Source: an uncultured Pseudomonadota bacterium (GTDB lineage Bacteria; Pseudomonadota; Alphaproteobacteria; Rs-D84). Taken from it: a stretch of 59,860 nucleotides of DNA. A model generated the notes under the pieces. That model was given only the letters and a program-made list of their open reading frames with translations, was not told the origin of the DNA and searched no databases. Each line of letters starts with the position of its first letter. The stretch's first letter is position 1. A program made the position numbers and the translations under genes. The stretch lies in assembly GCA_902787305.1 (NCBI GenBank), contig CADAFS010000009.1, positions 1-59,860 of the forward strand, given 5' to 3'. Shown here piece after piece: positions 1 through 10,450 of the stretch.

Positions 1-16
1 GTCAAGCCAAAATTCG

Positions 17-190
17 GAAATTCGTAAGTCATTGATTTTACAGGAAATAAAAATTTTGGATTTTTGAAAAAAAGTGTTGACTAAAAACCTTGGTTTTTTG
101 ACACCTTTTTTATCCGCCACAACCCCAAGGATTCCGCGGGTTTGCGTAAAATACTACCCCAAAAAAACCACCCCAAAAATCGTGCATTTT
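17..190 (-). repeat. ~175-bp intergenic repeat, copy 1 (inverted relative to 59565-59737)
   Basis: Reverse complement matches 59565-59737 over most of its length, e.g. gaaattcgtaagtcattgattttacaggaaataaaaatttt and aaaagtgttgactaaaaaccttggtttttt. Confidence 0.92.
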
Positions 191-218
191 AGCGGTAAGA
201 AAGTCATTGAAGCAGAAC

Positions 219-1169
219 TTACATTAACACGTGTTTCAATTCCAACATATCGTTGGGCAGGTTCGTTTTGAATTTCATTGATGCGCCCGTTACAGGATGT
301 GCGAATTCCAAAATCTGGGCATGCAGCATTTGGCCATTGTGTGTTTTGATAAAATCTAACAATTCCGGATTTTTAACCGACCCCAGACGCGACGATGCAC
401 GACCGTATACCCCATCACATAAAACCGGAAAACCATGCGCCGACAAATGAACCCTGATTTGGTGTGTGCGCCCGGTCATCAGTGTGCAACGAAATTCCGA
501 AACGCCGTCACGTGGCCACGCGTCCAAAACTTCGACAATTGTGTGTGCGGGTTTGCCACCACTTTTTACCATCGTCATCTTTTGCCGGTTGCGCGAAGAA
601 CGGGCGATATTGCCGGTTATGTCCGCGCCCGTCCAATTCGGAATACCCCAAACGAACGCGATATATTTGCGGGTAAGGTTATGTGTGCTAAAAATTTTTA
701 CCAATTCGCGGTATGCCGCATCAGATTTTGCAAAAACGACAACGCCACTGGTATCTTTATCAAGTCGATGGACCACACCCGGGCGTGTCGGCCCGCCAAG
801 CACAGAAAGGTGCGTATGCGACAAAATGTTTTGAACCAATGTTCCCGTCTTGTTGCCCGCCGACGGATACATAACGACACCGCGCGGTTTATTCACAACA
901 ATTATGTCATCGTCTTCGTATAAAATTTCCAGTTCGATTTCGTCCGATATGTTATCGGTTGCAACATCCGTTTGTACGGGTGGAATTTCGACAAAGATTT
1001 TGTCACCGGATTTTACTTTTTCGGAAAACTTTATATTTTTGCCATCGCGCGTGACGGCGAAACGCTGAATTTCACTGCGCGAAAAAGTCGGCAATTGCGA
1101 CACCAAAAATTTATCTAATCGCATGCCGACCGATTCGTCTGCAACAATAAATTCGCGCACTTCGTTCAT
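219..1169 (-). CDS. rluD: RluA-family 23S rRNA pseudouridine synthase (RluD-like)
   Basis: S4-like RLDKFL N-terminus, VVNKPRG, catalytic VHRLDKDTSG, TGRTHQIRVH. Confidence 0.9.
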   Translation of the reverse strand: MNEVREFIVADESVGMRLDKFLVSQLPTFSRSEIQRFAVTRDGKNIKFSEKVKSGDKIFVEIPPVQTDVATDNISDEIELEILYEDDDIIVVNKPRGVVMYPSAGNKTGTLVQNILSHTHLSVLGGPTRPGVVHRLDKDTSGVVVFAKSDAAYRELVKIFSTHNLTRKYIAFVWGIPNWTGADITGNIARSSRNRQKMTMVKSGGKPAHTIVEVLDAWPRDGVSEFRCTLMTGRTHQIRVHLSAHGFPVLCDGVYGRASSRLGSVKNPELLDFIKTHNGQMLHAQILEFAHPVTGASMKFKTNLPNDMLELKHVLM

Positions 1170-1171
1170 TT

Positions 1172-1651
1172 TTATTTATATTCCTTCCATTCGGGGCCGC
1201 GAACACATTTTGAAAAATCGATATCCAATTCGCGGTCACCGGTCACGGGACATTTTAGCAAACCGGTACTTTGTGCCTGGTCCGCGTCACGGGTGGCGTA
1301 TCGCCATGTAAAACTTATTTCCGTGGGCGCATGCACACACACCAATCGCAATATCCCGGTTGATTGCTTATTTGGCCCAAGCCAGATGCGAACACTGTCG
1401 GCTTCGCCATAACAAGGGAAAGCATCAAGGTAATACAAAACCATGCCACGTTCAACATCAGAATTTTTCCATGTGAATTTTCCAACATATTGGCGCAGTG
1501 GCAATCCGGTCAACGCCGCCCAATCGGTTGTAGTTGAAAAAATACTTACACGCGGGATGTTTGGTGTTGGTGGTGTTTGTGGCGTGTCGGTTGCAATCGC
1601 GTTAAACGACAGAACACCAATAAAAACGCAAAATAAAATTTTCTTTATCAT
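1172..1651 (-). CDS. Hypothetical secreted protein
   Basis: Signal-peptide-like N-terminus; ATGA overlap with the upstream gene. Confidence 0.65.
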   Translation of the reverse strand: MIKKILFCVFIGVLSFNAIATDTPQTPPTPNIPRVSIFSTTTDWAALTGLPLRQYVGKFTWKNSDVERGMVLYYLDAFPCYGEADSVRIWLGPNKQSTGILRLVCVHAPTEISFTWRYATRDADQAQSTGLLKCPVTGDRELDIDFSKCVRGPEWKEYK

Positions 1652-2160
1652 TTTTTATCCCCTATATTCATCAATTCAACACCGACACGCCGAACCCCAG
1701 AAACATCACCCGAAAGTTTATGTGTGAACCCGACCGTTTGACCAACATCCAAAAACGTTGCCGACGGCATAAACCGTTGACGCCCGATAACGGAACCATC
1801 TTCGCCATAAAGGACGATTGCCAAGTCGGGAAACGCATATATATCATCCGAACGATTTGTCACCGTTCCACGCACCACCATTTGTTCCACACCATTTGTC
1901 GTCACCGTTTGAATATCATCAACAACCGCAACAAGTGGTTTATTATTCGAATCATCGCGACGTGATGTAATGATAACCGCAACCGCAAAAACCGTCGCCG
2001 CAAGCAATGCACAAAGTGACGCAAAAAACACCATCAATCCAGAACGATTTTTTTTCACCTTTACCGTCCATGTGTGGCCACATATCGCACAGCGCACATC
2101 GCCCGATGTCTTGGCCGGCAAGTTATATTCAGTTTTACAAACATCACATTTTATTTTCAT
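1648..2160 (-). CDS. Zinc-ribbon (MJ0042-type finger) / DUF3426 membrane protein
   Basis: CDVC...CAIC ribbon, one TM helix, then VRGTVTNRS periplasmic domain. Confidence 0.8.
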   Translation of the reverse strand: MKIKCDVCKTEYNLPAKTSGDVRCAICGHTWTVKVKKNRSGLMVFFASLCALLAATVFAVAVIITSRRDDSNNKPLVAVVDDIQTVTTNGVEQMVVRGTVTNRSDDIYAFPDLAIVLYGEDGSVIGRQRFMPSATFLDVGQTVGFTHKLSGDVSGVRRVGVELMNIGDKK

Positions 2161-2191
2161 ATTGCACCTTTGGCATTATGTATACCACAAA

Positions 2192-3505
2192 TTATTCCAA
2201 TTTCAACAGTCGATATTTCCCACGCACACTTTTTTCTATTTCAATTATCGCATTCATAAAATCACCCATAGTTGCGTTTTTGTTCGACACAACTGAACTA
2301 AATATCTGGGTGGCCGTTGACCCAGAAACAGATTCGCGACGCAAAATATTTGTCGCCATATCCGAAAGTGTTGGGGATTTTATATCACCAAGGTTTGCGA
2401 CGCGGGTACTTACATTCCAATAGTATGCCGGATTCATCGAATCGACAATTTTTTCTTTGACCCCAAGACGCGGTGTTATTGAACCGGTAAAACCAACCGT
2501 CACAAACATCGCACTTATTCGACCTTCGGTCATATCAAGTGAACCGCCGATTCGTATTGTCGATAGTGACCCCGACGGCACAGAAAATCCGCCAAGGGTT
2601 AAATTTGTCACAGACAAACTGTCCGCCGTAAACGAAGATAATTTTGCAAAGTCCGCGACACTAAACGGCCCGTTTACCGTTATACTTTTTGAATCGCCCG
2701 AAAATGTTCCGGACACCAGTGCGGTTTGCGTGTTATATGTGGAATCTATGGTTGTTCTATTTTTGAATATCACGTCCGTAGATGTCAATTTTCCGATTTC
2801 CAAAGATTCTTCTAATGATAAACTATCGGCATTTACAAATCCCGCATTATTTATATCGCGATTGCCAAGGTTCAAAATAGACGCCATTGTTGCATCAGAC
2901 GCACTGGCCGACGGGACGCGCCATAAATACATTGCGTTATCACGTGTTATCCCCGTTGTTTGAACAATACCCGATGTGCCACCAACACCCAAATCAACCG
3001 TATCGGCGCGCCATGTCCCAAAACCACCGTATGCGCGTGTGCCTTCGATGAATCCGATTTTATCGTCACCCATTTTAACAATTTCACGTGTGCGCATGGC
3101 GTTTATTTCCGGGTCGTTAAACACAATCACACCTTGCAATGTTGATTGGTCACCAACATCAATTGATTTTAAAATGCGTAATTGATATTTGACCGCCATA
3201 TCTTTTGCAAAATTTTCATCAAGCCCATACGGGATTAAATCGGTCAATTTTATTTTTATGATATTGCGCCCCGTGGTTTTTAACATTTCTTCGCGATTTT
3301 GCACAATATAGTGTTCCAAAATTGTCTGAATTTTTTGCATTTGACGCGTGACACGCAAACTTTCCGCGCGCGCAATCGCACGTGTTTGATAACGGTATAT
3401 AAACGGAATCAATGTCCCCGCAAGTGCGATAGTTAACAAAAATTCTATCAACACCGTTCCACGGGATGCATTGGATACAGAAAAAATCAAATTTCTTTTT
3501 TTCAT
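2192..3505 (-). CDS. Type IVb minor pilin / PilV (Shufflon_N)-like adhesin 3
   Basis: Prepilin site RG|TVLIEFLLTIAL; YLWRVP...TMASILNLGNRDINN motif; ATGA overlap with upstream gene. Confidence 0.7.
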   Translation of the reverse strand: MKKRNLIFSVSNASRGTVLIEFLLTIALAGTLIPFIYRYQTRAIARAESLRVTRQMQKIQTILEHYIVQNREEMLKTTGRNIIKIKLTDLIPYGLDENFAKDMAVKYQLRILKSIDVGDQSTLQGVIVFNDPEINAMRTREIVKMGDDKIGFIEGTRAYGGFGTWRADTVDLGVGGTSGIVQTTGITRDNAMYLWRVPSASASDATMASILNLGNRDINNAGFVNADSLSLEESLEIGKLTSTDVIFKNRTTIDSTYNTQTALVSGTFSGDSKSITVNGPFSVADFAKLSSFTADSLSVTNLTLGGFSVPSGSLSTIRIGGSLDMTEGRISAMFVTVGFTGSITPRLGVKEKIVDSMNPAYYWNVSTRVANLGDIKSPTLSDMATNILRRESVSGSTATQIFSSVVSNKNATMGDFMNAIIEIEKSVRGKYRLLKLE

Positions 3506-4701
3506 TGCGTTTTCCAACCACTTTTCATCAACGGTTCAAATTCTTTCCTGTCTGGAATTTTCGGAATCGGCGACCGCGCCAACGTCAAAGACACAAACGA
3601 TGGCGGTGTTTTTGACGGAAAAGACCAATTACCCAATTTTATCGGTGCATTTGATGATAACAGCAATTCACCAGACACCGTCAATCCAAAATTTCCCGCA
3701 AATGTCAATTCGCCCGCCGACAGATATGGTGCATACACCGTACCCGTCGTCATTCCGGCAAAACCACTTATTGTTTTCAAACTTGTGGATTTAAGGATAA
3801 ATTCGTTCCCTATATTTATTGAGTTATTTACTGTTGCACGGTCGGCGATTATACGCGCATTCAAATCGATTCCATTTCCGCTCAATTTTTTCGCGGTGAT
3901 ATTTCTAAAACCGCTAAGGTCGCCGGTGACACGAATTGTCCCGATTGTTGTACTGTCGCCGTTCATGTTCGCGCCCGATGAAAAATAGACATTTTTTGTA
4001 TTGACTGATTCGGCAACAACAAATGTCGCATTAAGATTGCGGACACGCAAGAATTTTCCATTTATTCCACCAACATTACGAATGTCGTGATTTCCCATAT
4101 TCAAATCGCGCTGCATAGTATTTAATTCTGCATCACCCGAAGAACCACGATGTAAAAAACGCGTTGTATCAAAATCGCTTTGGTTGCGTGTTATTCTGTA
4201 AATTAAATTTCCGGGTAAAAATTCGGGTGCGGTGACCGCCCATGTGTCGCCATACGCGACACCGTCCGCGCCAACAACCGCCGCGTCCGCACCGACATTT
4301 GCCGCAATTCGCGCAATACGCTTTGCCGTTGTATCTAAATTAAACGCAAGGTAAACATCGACCACCGTTCCGCCATTGACATTATATTTATCAATAAATC
4401 CCGCAGAAAGCGATTCAGAAATCGCCGCACGTTCATCATCGGTCATTTTAATCTGTGCTTCGTCCGGCCAAAGGTCTTGGTTCAATCGAACAAAGTTCAA
4501 CATTGTTTCACGCAAACTTATTATATCATTTGCAACCGCCATATCGTGTATTGTATGCGTTGTATCGGCAATCATCGAATATGTGTACGGGGCCGCCACG
4601 GCAATAATAACCATGGCAAGCAGGACCTCGACTAGGCCGCCACCGCGTTGTGCTATGACTTCTGATTTTTTTAGTATCTTAGTCACAACTGGTCCCCCCA
4701 T
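3502..4701 (-). CDS. Type IVb minor pilin / PilV (Shufflon_N)-like adhesin 2
   Basis: Prepilin site RG|GGLVEVLLAMVII; FLHRG...ELNTMQRDLNMGNHDIRN resembles the PilV constant region; start may be GTG at 4686. Confidence 0.75.
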   Translation of the reverse strand: MGGPVVTKILKKSEVIAQRGGGLVEVLLAMVIIAVAAPYTYSMIADTTHTIHDMAVANDIISLRETMLNFVRLNQDLWPDEAQIKMTDDERAAISESLSAGFIDKYNVNGGTVVDVYLAFNLDTTAKRIARIAANVGADAAVVGADGVAYGDTWAVTAPEFLPGNLIYRITRNQSDFDTTRFLHRGSSGDAELNTMQRDLNMGNHDIRNVGGINGKFLRVRNLNATFVVAESVNTKNVYFSSGANMNGDSTTIGTIRVTGDLSGFRNITAKKLSGNGIDLNARIIADRATVNNSINIGNEFILKSTSLKTISGFAGMTTGTVYAPYLSAGELTFAGNFGLTVSGELLLSSNAPIKLGNWSFPSKTPPSFVSLTLARSPIPKIPDRKEFEPLMKSGWKTQ

Positions 4702-6049
4702 TTATTAAACATTGTTTTATATCTATGCGCCGTTCAAGACGTTGCCAATAAACATACTGACATATTATATATTGCGCCAAAGATTTTGCGTTATACGAAT
4801 TTCCCATTCCTGATATAATAGAACTGCAATTCACCACAGCATCATTATCTTCGGTTGGATTGGCCAATATGCCGAACGCGCCATTATCAATTGTATCAAC
4901 CAACGCGTCTGGCAAAATCGATGTGCCCGATGGCCGTATATCCAAAAGTGTTGCGCCACCACTGTCGCCCCGCGTGAGTGCCCCCGATGTTTGTTCACGC
5001 AATGTTATATTGCCGGCATAAACACTGTTGGCATCAATTCCACTGGCACTGCTGTATGTAAGTGTTGTCGAATCAATGAACACGTCTTGCCCACGCGTAA
5101 GGTTTACAAAAGACCCCACATCCAATCTTTCAACATTAAATGTTATTCGACTTGCAACCAGGTTTCCACCAACCGACCATTTTGTTGGCCCCGTAAATCC
5201 AGTGCGCCCCGCCGACATATCAAAACTTACCACATCGGCATCGGTAACCGTCACATTGCTTGCATCACCAAATTTTGCAACCGTTCGCGCGACCATTGAA
5301 CCAACCTTTAATGTGCCACGTGTCAACGAAAGTGCTGATTCACCACCCATCGATTGAAAAACCGTTTTGTTTGTCGTTAGTGATTTTATGTTGCTGCGCT
5401 CTTTACGGCCGGCCTCGGCCCCGGTTATGGTTAGCGTCACCGATTCGCCACCATCAAATTTTGCACGTCGCGCAAATATGTTTGCAATGTTGTTTATATT
5501 AAAATTATCCATATCTAAATCGGTCAAAAATCCCGAATAAGAAAAATTTCCATCGTTTCGGCGAACAACATCCGAATACATTTCGCCAAGATGAATTCCA
5601 ACGTCAATGTTTCCGGTTGTATCTTCGGGATCAAACACCGCGTAAAAACCGATTCTTCGCGCAAGTTCCGCGCGTTGCATGGTGTTTAGATTTCCACCGC
5701 TGACGCGAATAAAGGCCGAAACTTCTTGGGTATCTTTGTTAATAATCAAACTTATATCTTGGCCAAATGCGGTTCGTGTTATGAACCCAATTGGCAATCC
5801 ATACGGTTCCAGCAAATCAGATAAACTGTCGCCCGATATTTTTGTTTGGTCATACGATAAACTTGAAACATTTTCTTGGATATAAATCTTTGCGGCGGTT
5901 CGAATTGTGTCGATTTGACGTGTGGCGGAATACATTTGCGCATTTATATCACGGGTCGCAATCCGGTGCGCCAAAAACGGCATAAACACGAACACCAATG
6001 TCAACGCAAGCAACGCTTGGATTAAAAAACTTCCGCGTTCAGACGACAT
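4679..6049 (-). CDS. Type IVb minor pilin / PilV (Shufflon_N)-like adhesin 1
   Basis: GGAGG RBS; RG|SFLIQALLALTL; ELARRIG and LTDLDMDNFNINN motifs; Cys-containing C-terminus. Confidence 0.7.
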   Translation of the reverse strand: MSSERGSFLIQALLALTLVFVFMPFLAHRIATRDINAQMYSATRQIDTIRTAAKIYIQENVSSLSYDQTKISGDSLSDLLEPYGLPIGFITRTAFGQDISLIINKDTQEVSAFIRVSGGNLNTMQRAELARRIGFYAVFDPEDTTGNIDVGIHLGEMYSDVVRRNDGNFSYSGFLTDLDMDNFNINNIANIFARRAKFDGGESVTLTITGAEAGRKERSNIKSLTTNKTVFQSMGGESALSLTRGTLKVGSMVARTVAKFGDASNVTVTDADVVSFDMSAGRTGFTGPTKWSVGGNLVASRITFNVERLDVGSFVNLTRGQDVFIDSTTLTYSSASGIDANSVYAGNITLREQTSGALTRGDSGGATLLDIRPSGTSILPDALVDTIDNGAFGILANPTEDNDAVVNCSSIISGMGNSYNAKSLAQYIICQYVYWQRLERRIDIKQCLINGGTSCD

Positions 6050-6195
6050 GAACCCTCCTGATATATAACAAAGCATAGCAACAGAAAAAATTTATTGCAA
6101 TTGGTTTTAAGATGTTTTAACATTGCCATTGGTTTAATTGTTCGGTTGACCGAACAAAGTTTATAAAGAGTTTACTTCCAAACAAAAGAATTATT

Positions 6196-6573
6196 ATGCA
6201 ACCAAGAAAAAATCAAACGAATTCACGTGGGCAATCGTCCAACAATTCACGAAATCAATCGCCGGTTATTGCGATGATTCAACGGTGTCATAAATGGCGC
6301 ATGAAACGCAAACAGTATATGGACCAGGCGCGTCTTGCAACCGATGAAATCGAACGCGAACGGTTGTTGCAATCGGCGGAACATTACGGCCGCATTGTTA
6401 ACGAAGAACAGGCCAAGATTGATTCTTCGCGTACACCGGGCGACAAAACACCGATTCCGGACGTTCCGGTGGCGGCCGAAAACGGAACACAATCCGACAA
6501 TCCTGAAAATTCGGAAAACACCGATACGGACGAAGAACAGGTTTTTCCAACCTTTTTGACAAGTTTGAATTAG
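6196..6573 (+). CDS. DUF4167-like protein
   Basis: YMDQARLA..DEIERERLLQSAEHYGRI matches the alphaproteobacterial DUF4167 core; disordered acidic tail. Confidence 0.7.
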   Translation: MQPRKNQTNSRGQSSNNSRNQSPVIAMIQRCHKWRMKRKQYMDQARLATDEIERERLLQSAEHYGRIVNEEQAKIDSSRTPGDKTPIPDVPVAAENGTQSDNPENSENTDTDEEQVFPTFLTSLN

Positions 6574-6584
6574 TGTATCACCGC

Positions 6585-6640
6585 GAAGCGGTGCCGTGAC
6601 TACTCCAAGACTGTGCCAGGGCTTTGCCCTGGCTTGGTGT
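6585..6640 (+). repeat. Dispersed palindromic repeat (…gccagggctttgccctggcttggtgt family)
   Basis: Near-identical copy at 59451-59505 and partial copy at ~17316-17335; all three lie shortly after a stop codon. Confidence 0.8.
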
Positions 6641-7004
6641 TGGGTGTTTCGCGTACATTTTGCTTCCACTAACTTACAATTTTTTTACTACCAAAATTGT
6701 GCAGTTTGTTGAATCAGAGGCCTTGTCCTGTAATGCCTATAGTAATAAACTAAAAACCACCCTGAGGGGCCCACCTTACTGTAGCGATACCGAAAACGGG
6801 ACGACGTGATTTAATTTATGCGTCGCGAACATAGGTGTCTCTTTTGTTTTTTATGTGTGAATATTGCCATTTTTCAACGAAAATACAAGTATAAATGTAG
6901 GATAAAAATAAAAAAGTTAAAAAAAAGTTGCAAATGAAAATTTACTGTTCTACAATCGGCTTGTTCTTAAAAGATAAGAACGTTTGTTTGTTGTTGTGTG
7001 TGTT

Positions 7005-7062
<58 letters not shown>

Positions 7063-7081
<19 letters not shown>

Positions 7082-7390
7082 TAAATTAAAATTGCCCCGT
7101 CCCCTCGGGGCAATTTTGATTTATGATTGATGTGACAATTGGATTTGATACATAGCATACGCAAGTATGCCAGGTTCGGAACAAGCACGCAACGCGTGCG
7201 CAGTGAAAGGGGCCCGCGAACGAAGTGAGTGGGAATTACAATCCTGTTACTCCGACCATAAATTAAAATCGCGTCGTCCCCTCGGCGCGATTTTTAATTT
7301 ATGATTGATGTGACAATTGGATTTGATACATAGCATACGCAAGTATGCCAGGTTCGACACGATAGTTGGTTCGCACAAGCGACCGTTGCG
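7063..7390 (+). repeat. tRNA-linked tandem repeat (duplicated tRNA-Pro 3' end plus hairpin)
   Basis: 7063-7177 is repeated at 7240-7356, including aatcctgttactccgacca. Confidence 0.88.
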
Positions 7391-7441
7391 TTAATAGCCA
7401 GATCGATCGGCGATTTTTTACATTTTTTATGTTGACAATAT

Positions 7442-8941
7442 ATGTTTTTGGTGTATTATTGCCACCACAAAGGTTTAATTTTGACAGACGAAGATATAAA
7501 TTATAACTATAAGCAATTGAAAAGACATCATGGTGAGGCTTTTGCCCGCGTTATGCGTGATGCAGGATTGTTAAATATACACAATATTGTACATATCTTG
7601 GAATTTGCCGGAAACAATCCAGACGATGCACAAAATTTAGTTAAATATATTCAAACAAGATATAATCGCAGCCCAAAAATAAAGGCATTAACGGAAAAAA
7701 CGCCTTTTGAATTATTGGATGAAGCCGGGTACGATGCGTTCTTGGTTGAAACATTGGAACAGCAAAATTCTATTAAAAAATATTTTCGCCCACACGAAGA
7801 ATTATGCACATTTGATGATCCATCGCGATATAAAACACATTATATGATTCATGCGGTCAAACGTGGTGCAGATAAAATTAAACCGTCCACCAAGCCACAA
7901 AGACAAGACGAATATGGAACATCGGTTATATCGATTCAAATATCAAAGGTTGATAATCATATATCCATAAAAAATCGGTATAACCACAGTGTCAGTTGTT
8001 GTGATGCAACTTTTTCGAATAACCCAGATAATATTATTCCTGGATTGACACATGCATTGAACAAATATTTTGGTAAAGACATTTGTGCAGCAGATATGCC
8101 CGAACATTTTATCGAAAGGCAGGGGCAGTTTATGTGGTATGAATACGAAATTGAAGGAAAACATTTTGGGCATGATTGTTACGCGACACACGAAGGAATT
8201 CACAGGATAAATAAAGACCACCAAATGTTGCTTGATTGTATGATATTAGATACTAAAACTGGCGAAATAACACGTTTATATAATTTTTTTGGGGACGAAC
8301 ATTTTAAATTTTTTGAAAGTTTTTTCAAAGGTAAAAAAATACAAGTTACAACAAATCCGCAAAATAAAACGCAACAACTTATATCTGTAGATAATAAACA
8401 TATTGCAACAGTGGCGGGCAATTATATCATCGAATTAACATTACCAGGACTTCATGATTTAGACGATGGAATCGGGTTTGAATGTATATTCTTTAAATTG
8501 CAAGAAATCAATTTGCCAGATATAGAAGAAATCCCGGGTGGATTTTTTTCAAAATGTCAATCATCGTCAACATTAAAAGTTGTTAATATTCCAAAGGCAC
8601 GAATTATTGACAATTCTTTTTTGTTTGATTGCGATATAACAACATTAAATGCGCCAATGGTTGAAGAAGTCGGTGTTCAAGTATTGTGGTACAATAATTC
8701 ATTAGAATATTTGTATATGCCAATGTTGCAACGCATAGGTGACGATAGAGAGGATAGCTATTTTCGTCAAATTTTGCATGCCAATAAAGTTTTGAAATCT
8801 GCATATGTTCCAAAATTGCAACTCACAATGCCCGAAGAATATGCCAGATTACAGGCTATTGTGGCACAAAACAATGTTCAAAATATAAAATGCGCGCAAC
8901 AAATGGCGATGAACAACGGCATATCCGTAGCATGTAAATAA
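7442..8941 (+). CDS. Hypothetical protein with unknown N-terminal domain and C-terminal BspA-type leucine-rich repeats
   Basis: LxLPxL/IxxF repeats in the C-terminal third; AT-rich; start uncertain. Confidence 0.65.
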   Translation: MFLVYYCHHKGLILTDEDINYNYKQLKRHHGEAFARVMRDAGLLNIHNIVHILEFAGNNPDDAQNLVKYIQTRYNRSPKIKALTEKTPFELLDEAGYDAFLVETLEQQNSIKKYFRPHEELCTFDDPSRYKTHYMIHAVKRGADKIKPSTKPQRQDEYGTSVISIQISKVDNHISIKNRYNHSVSCCDATFSNNPDNIIPGLTHALNKYFGKDICAADMPEHFIERQGQFMWYEYEIEGKHFGHDCYATHEGIHRINKDHQMLLDCMILDTKTGEITRLYNFFGDEHFKFFESFFKGKKIQVTTNPQNKTQQLISVDNKHIATVAGNYIIELTLPGLHDLDDGIGFECIFFKLQEINLPDIEEIPGGFFSKCQSSSTLKVVNIPKARIIDNSFLFDCDITTLNAPMVEEVGVQVLWYNNSLEYLYMPMLQRIGDDREDSYFRQILHANKVLKSAYVPKLQLTMPEEYARLQAIVAQNNVQNIKCAQQMAMNNGISVACK

Positions 8942-9188
8942 TTTTCGAATTAAAATAATTTTGTATTAGTCGTGTTTTTTACACCCCTATAAAAGCAAGA
9001 AAATACTTGCCCGCCATAAATTAAAATCGCGCCGTCCCGCTTTCGCTTAGCTACAGCGAGGCAGGCCCCTCGGCGCGGTTTTTTCCACATTCGCCAAAGG
9101 CTACGGTGGACAGGGTGGTGCGGATTGTTGTGTTTGCACTAATCACTCGCTTGCAAAATGAATTTTATCTGCAATAATTCCCAACGTT

Positions 9189-10208
9189 ATGCGCAGGCGT
9201 AAAAAGAAAATCTTTACACGTTATATTTCTGGAATCGCGGGGCTGTTGTTTGCCGTGATTTTCTATGGTCTTTGTATTCGGTCGCCGATTCGCGAATCGG
9301 TTAATTTTAATATCAATTCAGGGGACACAGTTTCGTCGGTTGCGCGACGGTTGGATAAAGATAAAATTGTGTTTTCTGATATGGCATTCAAATTTGCGAT
9401 TCGTATGCGTGGTGGCCGCGTGCAAAAGGGCGAATATGAAATTCCCGCCGGGGCATCCGCGTGGCGAATCGCCGGAATGTTTTCGCGTGGAAAAATCGCA
9501 ACCGTGAAAATTGTTATTCCCGAAGGTCTTACCATTTTGCAAATCAAAGATTTATTGCGTGGGTACAGCGCGCTTTCGGGTGATGTTGATTGCCGTGATT
9601 GGCGCGCGGTGTGCGATGTTGCGGACGGTGATGTTTTTCCGGATACATATTATGTTGCACGTGGAACATCGCGTTTGGCGGTGTTGGATTTGGCGCGCAA
9701 AAAAATGGACGAGGTAAAAAATAAATGGTTGCGGACGCGGCGGAATCCGCCGGCACCACTTACGGGGTGGAACGATGTTGTGACACTTGCGTCGATTGTG
9801 CAACGCGAAACACCGCGAACGGGAGAGATGAAAATTGTGGCGAGTGTTTATTTGAATCGCCTGCGGCGCGGTATGCGGTTGCAAGCCGATCCGACGGTGA
9901 TTTATGCGATAACCGATGGATATGGTGATATGCGGGGCGAACCGTTGTTGCGTGGGCATTTAAAGGTGGACAGTCCGTATAACACATATCGCAATAATGG
10001 TTTGCCGCCGTCACCAATTGCAAATGTTGGTTCGCATGCGATTCGCGCGGTGTTGGAACCTGCGGATACCAAGTACCTGTATTTCGTGGCGGACGGTCGT
10101 GGTGGACATAAATTTTCAACCGATTATGAAACGCATTTGAAAAATCATGCTGACTGGCGCGAGATAAAAAAATCAAAGAATCCCGAATTGAATTTTGACA
10201 ATGATTAA
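9189..10208 (+). CDS. mltG: Endolytic transglycosylase MltG (YceG)
   Basis: IPEG, LASIVQRE, RLQADPTVIY, SPYNTY..GLPPSPI, YLYFVADG. Confidence 0.93.
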   Translation: MRRRKKKIFTRYISGIAGLLFAVIFYGLCIRSPIRESVNFNINSGDTVSSVARRLDKDKIVFSDMAFKFAIRMRGGRVQKGEYEIPAGASAWRIAGMFSRGKIATVKIVIPEGLTILQIKDLLRGYSALSGDVDCRDWRAVCDVADGDVFPDTYYVARGTSRLAVLDLARKKMDEVKNKWLRTRRNPPAPLTGWNDVVTLASIVQRETPRTGEMKIVASVYLNRLRRGMRLQADPTVIYAITDGYGDMRGEPLLRGHLKVDSPYNTYRNNGLPPSPIANVGSHAIRAVLEPADTKYLYFVADGRGGHKFSTDYETHLKNHADWREIKKSKNPELNFDND

Positions 10209-10450
10209 ATCGTGTTTGCGAATCGCCACATTAAAAAAAATTCATGTATGTGAAAAAAAGTTTTGAATTTGTGCGCGTTTGCGCGTGGAATTAAAAATAC
10301 AAATCTAAATCGGCGGGCATTGTATCATATTTTTATGCGTTTATCAAAAATCTTTTTTCTTGAAAAAAATCTTATCCGTGGGAAAATATGCTTAGCTAGG
10401 AGCAGGGAAAGTTCTAGTTTCCAATTAACAAATAAAGGAAAGGAAAAAAA

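Noticed and set aside
2192-6049. Shufflon (invertible PilV C-termini)
   Set aside because: No inverted partial ORFs or repeated sfx-like sites are seen, and the only tyrosine recombinase in the window appears inactive.
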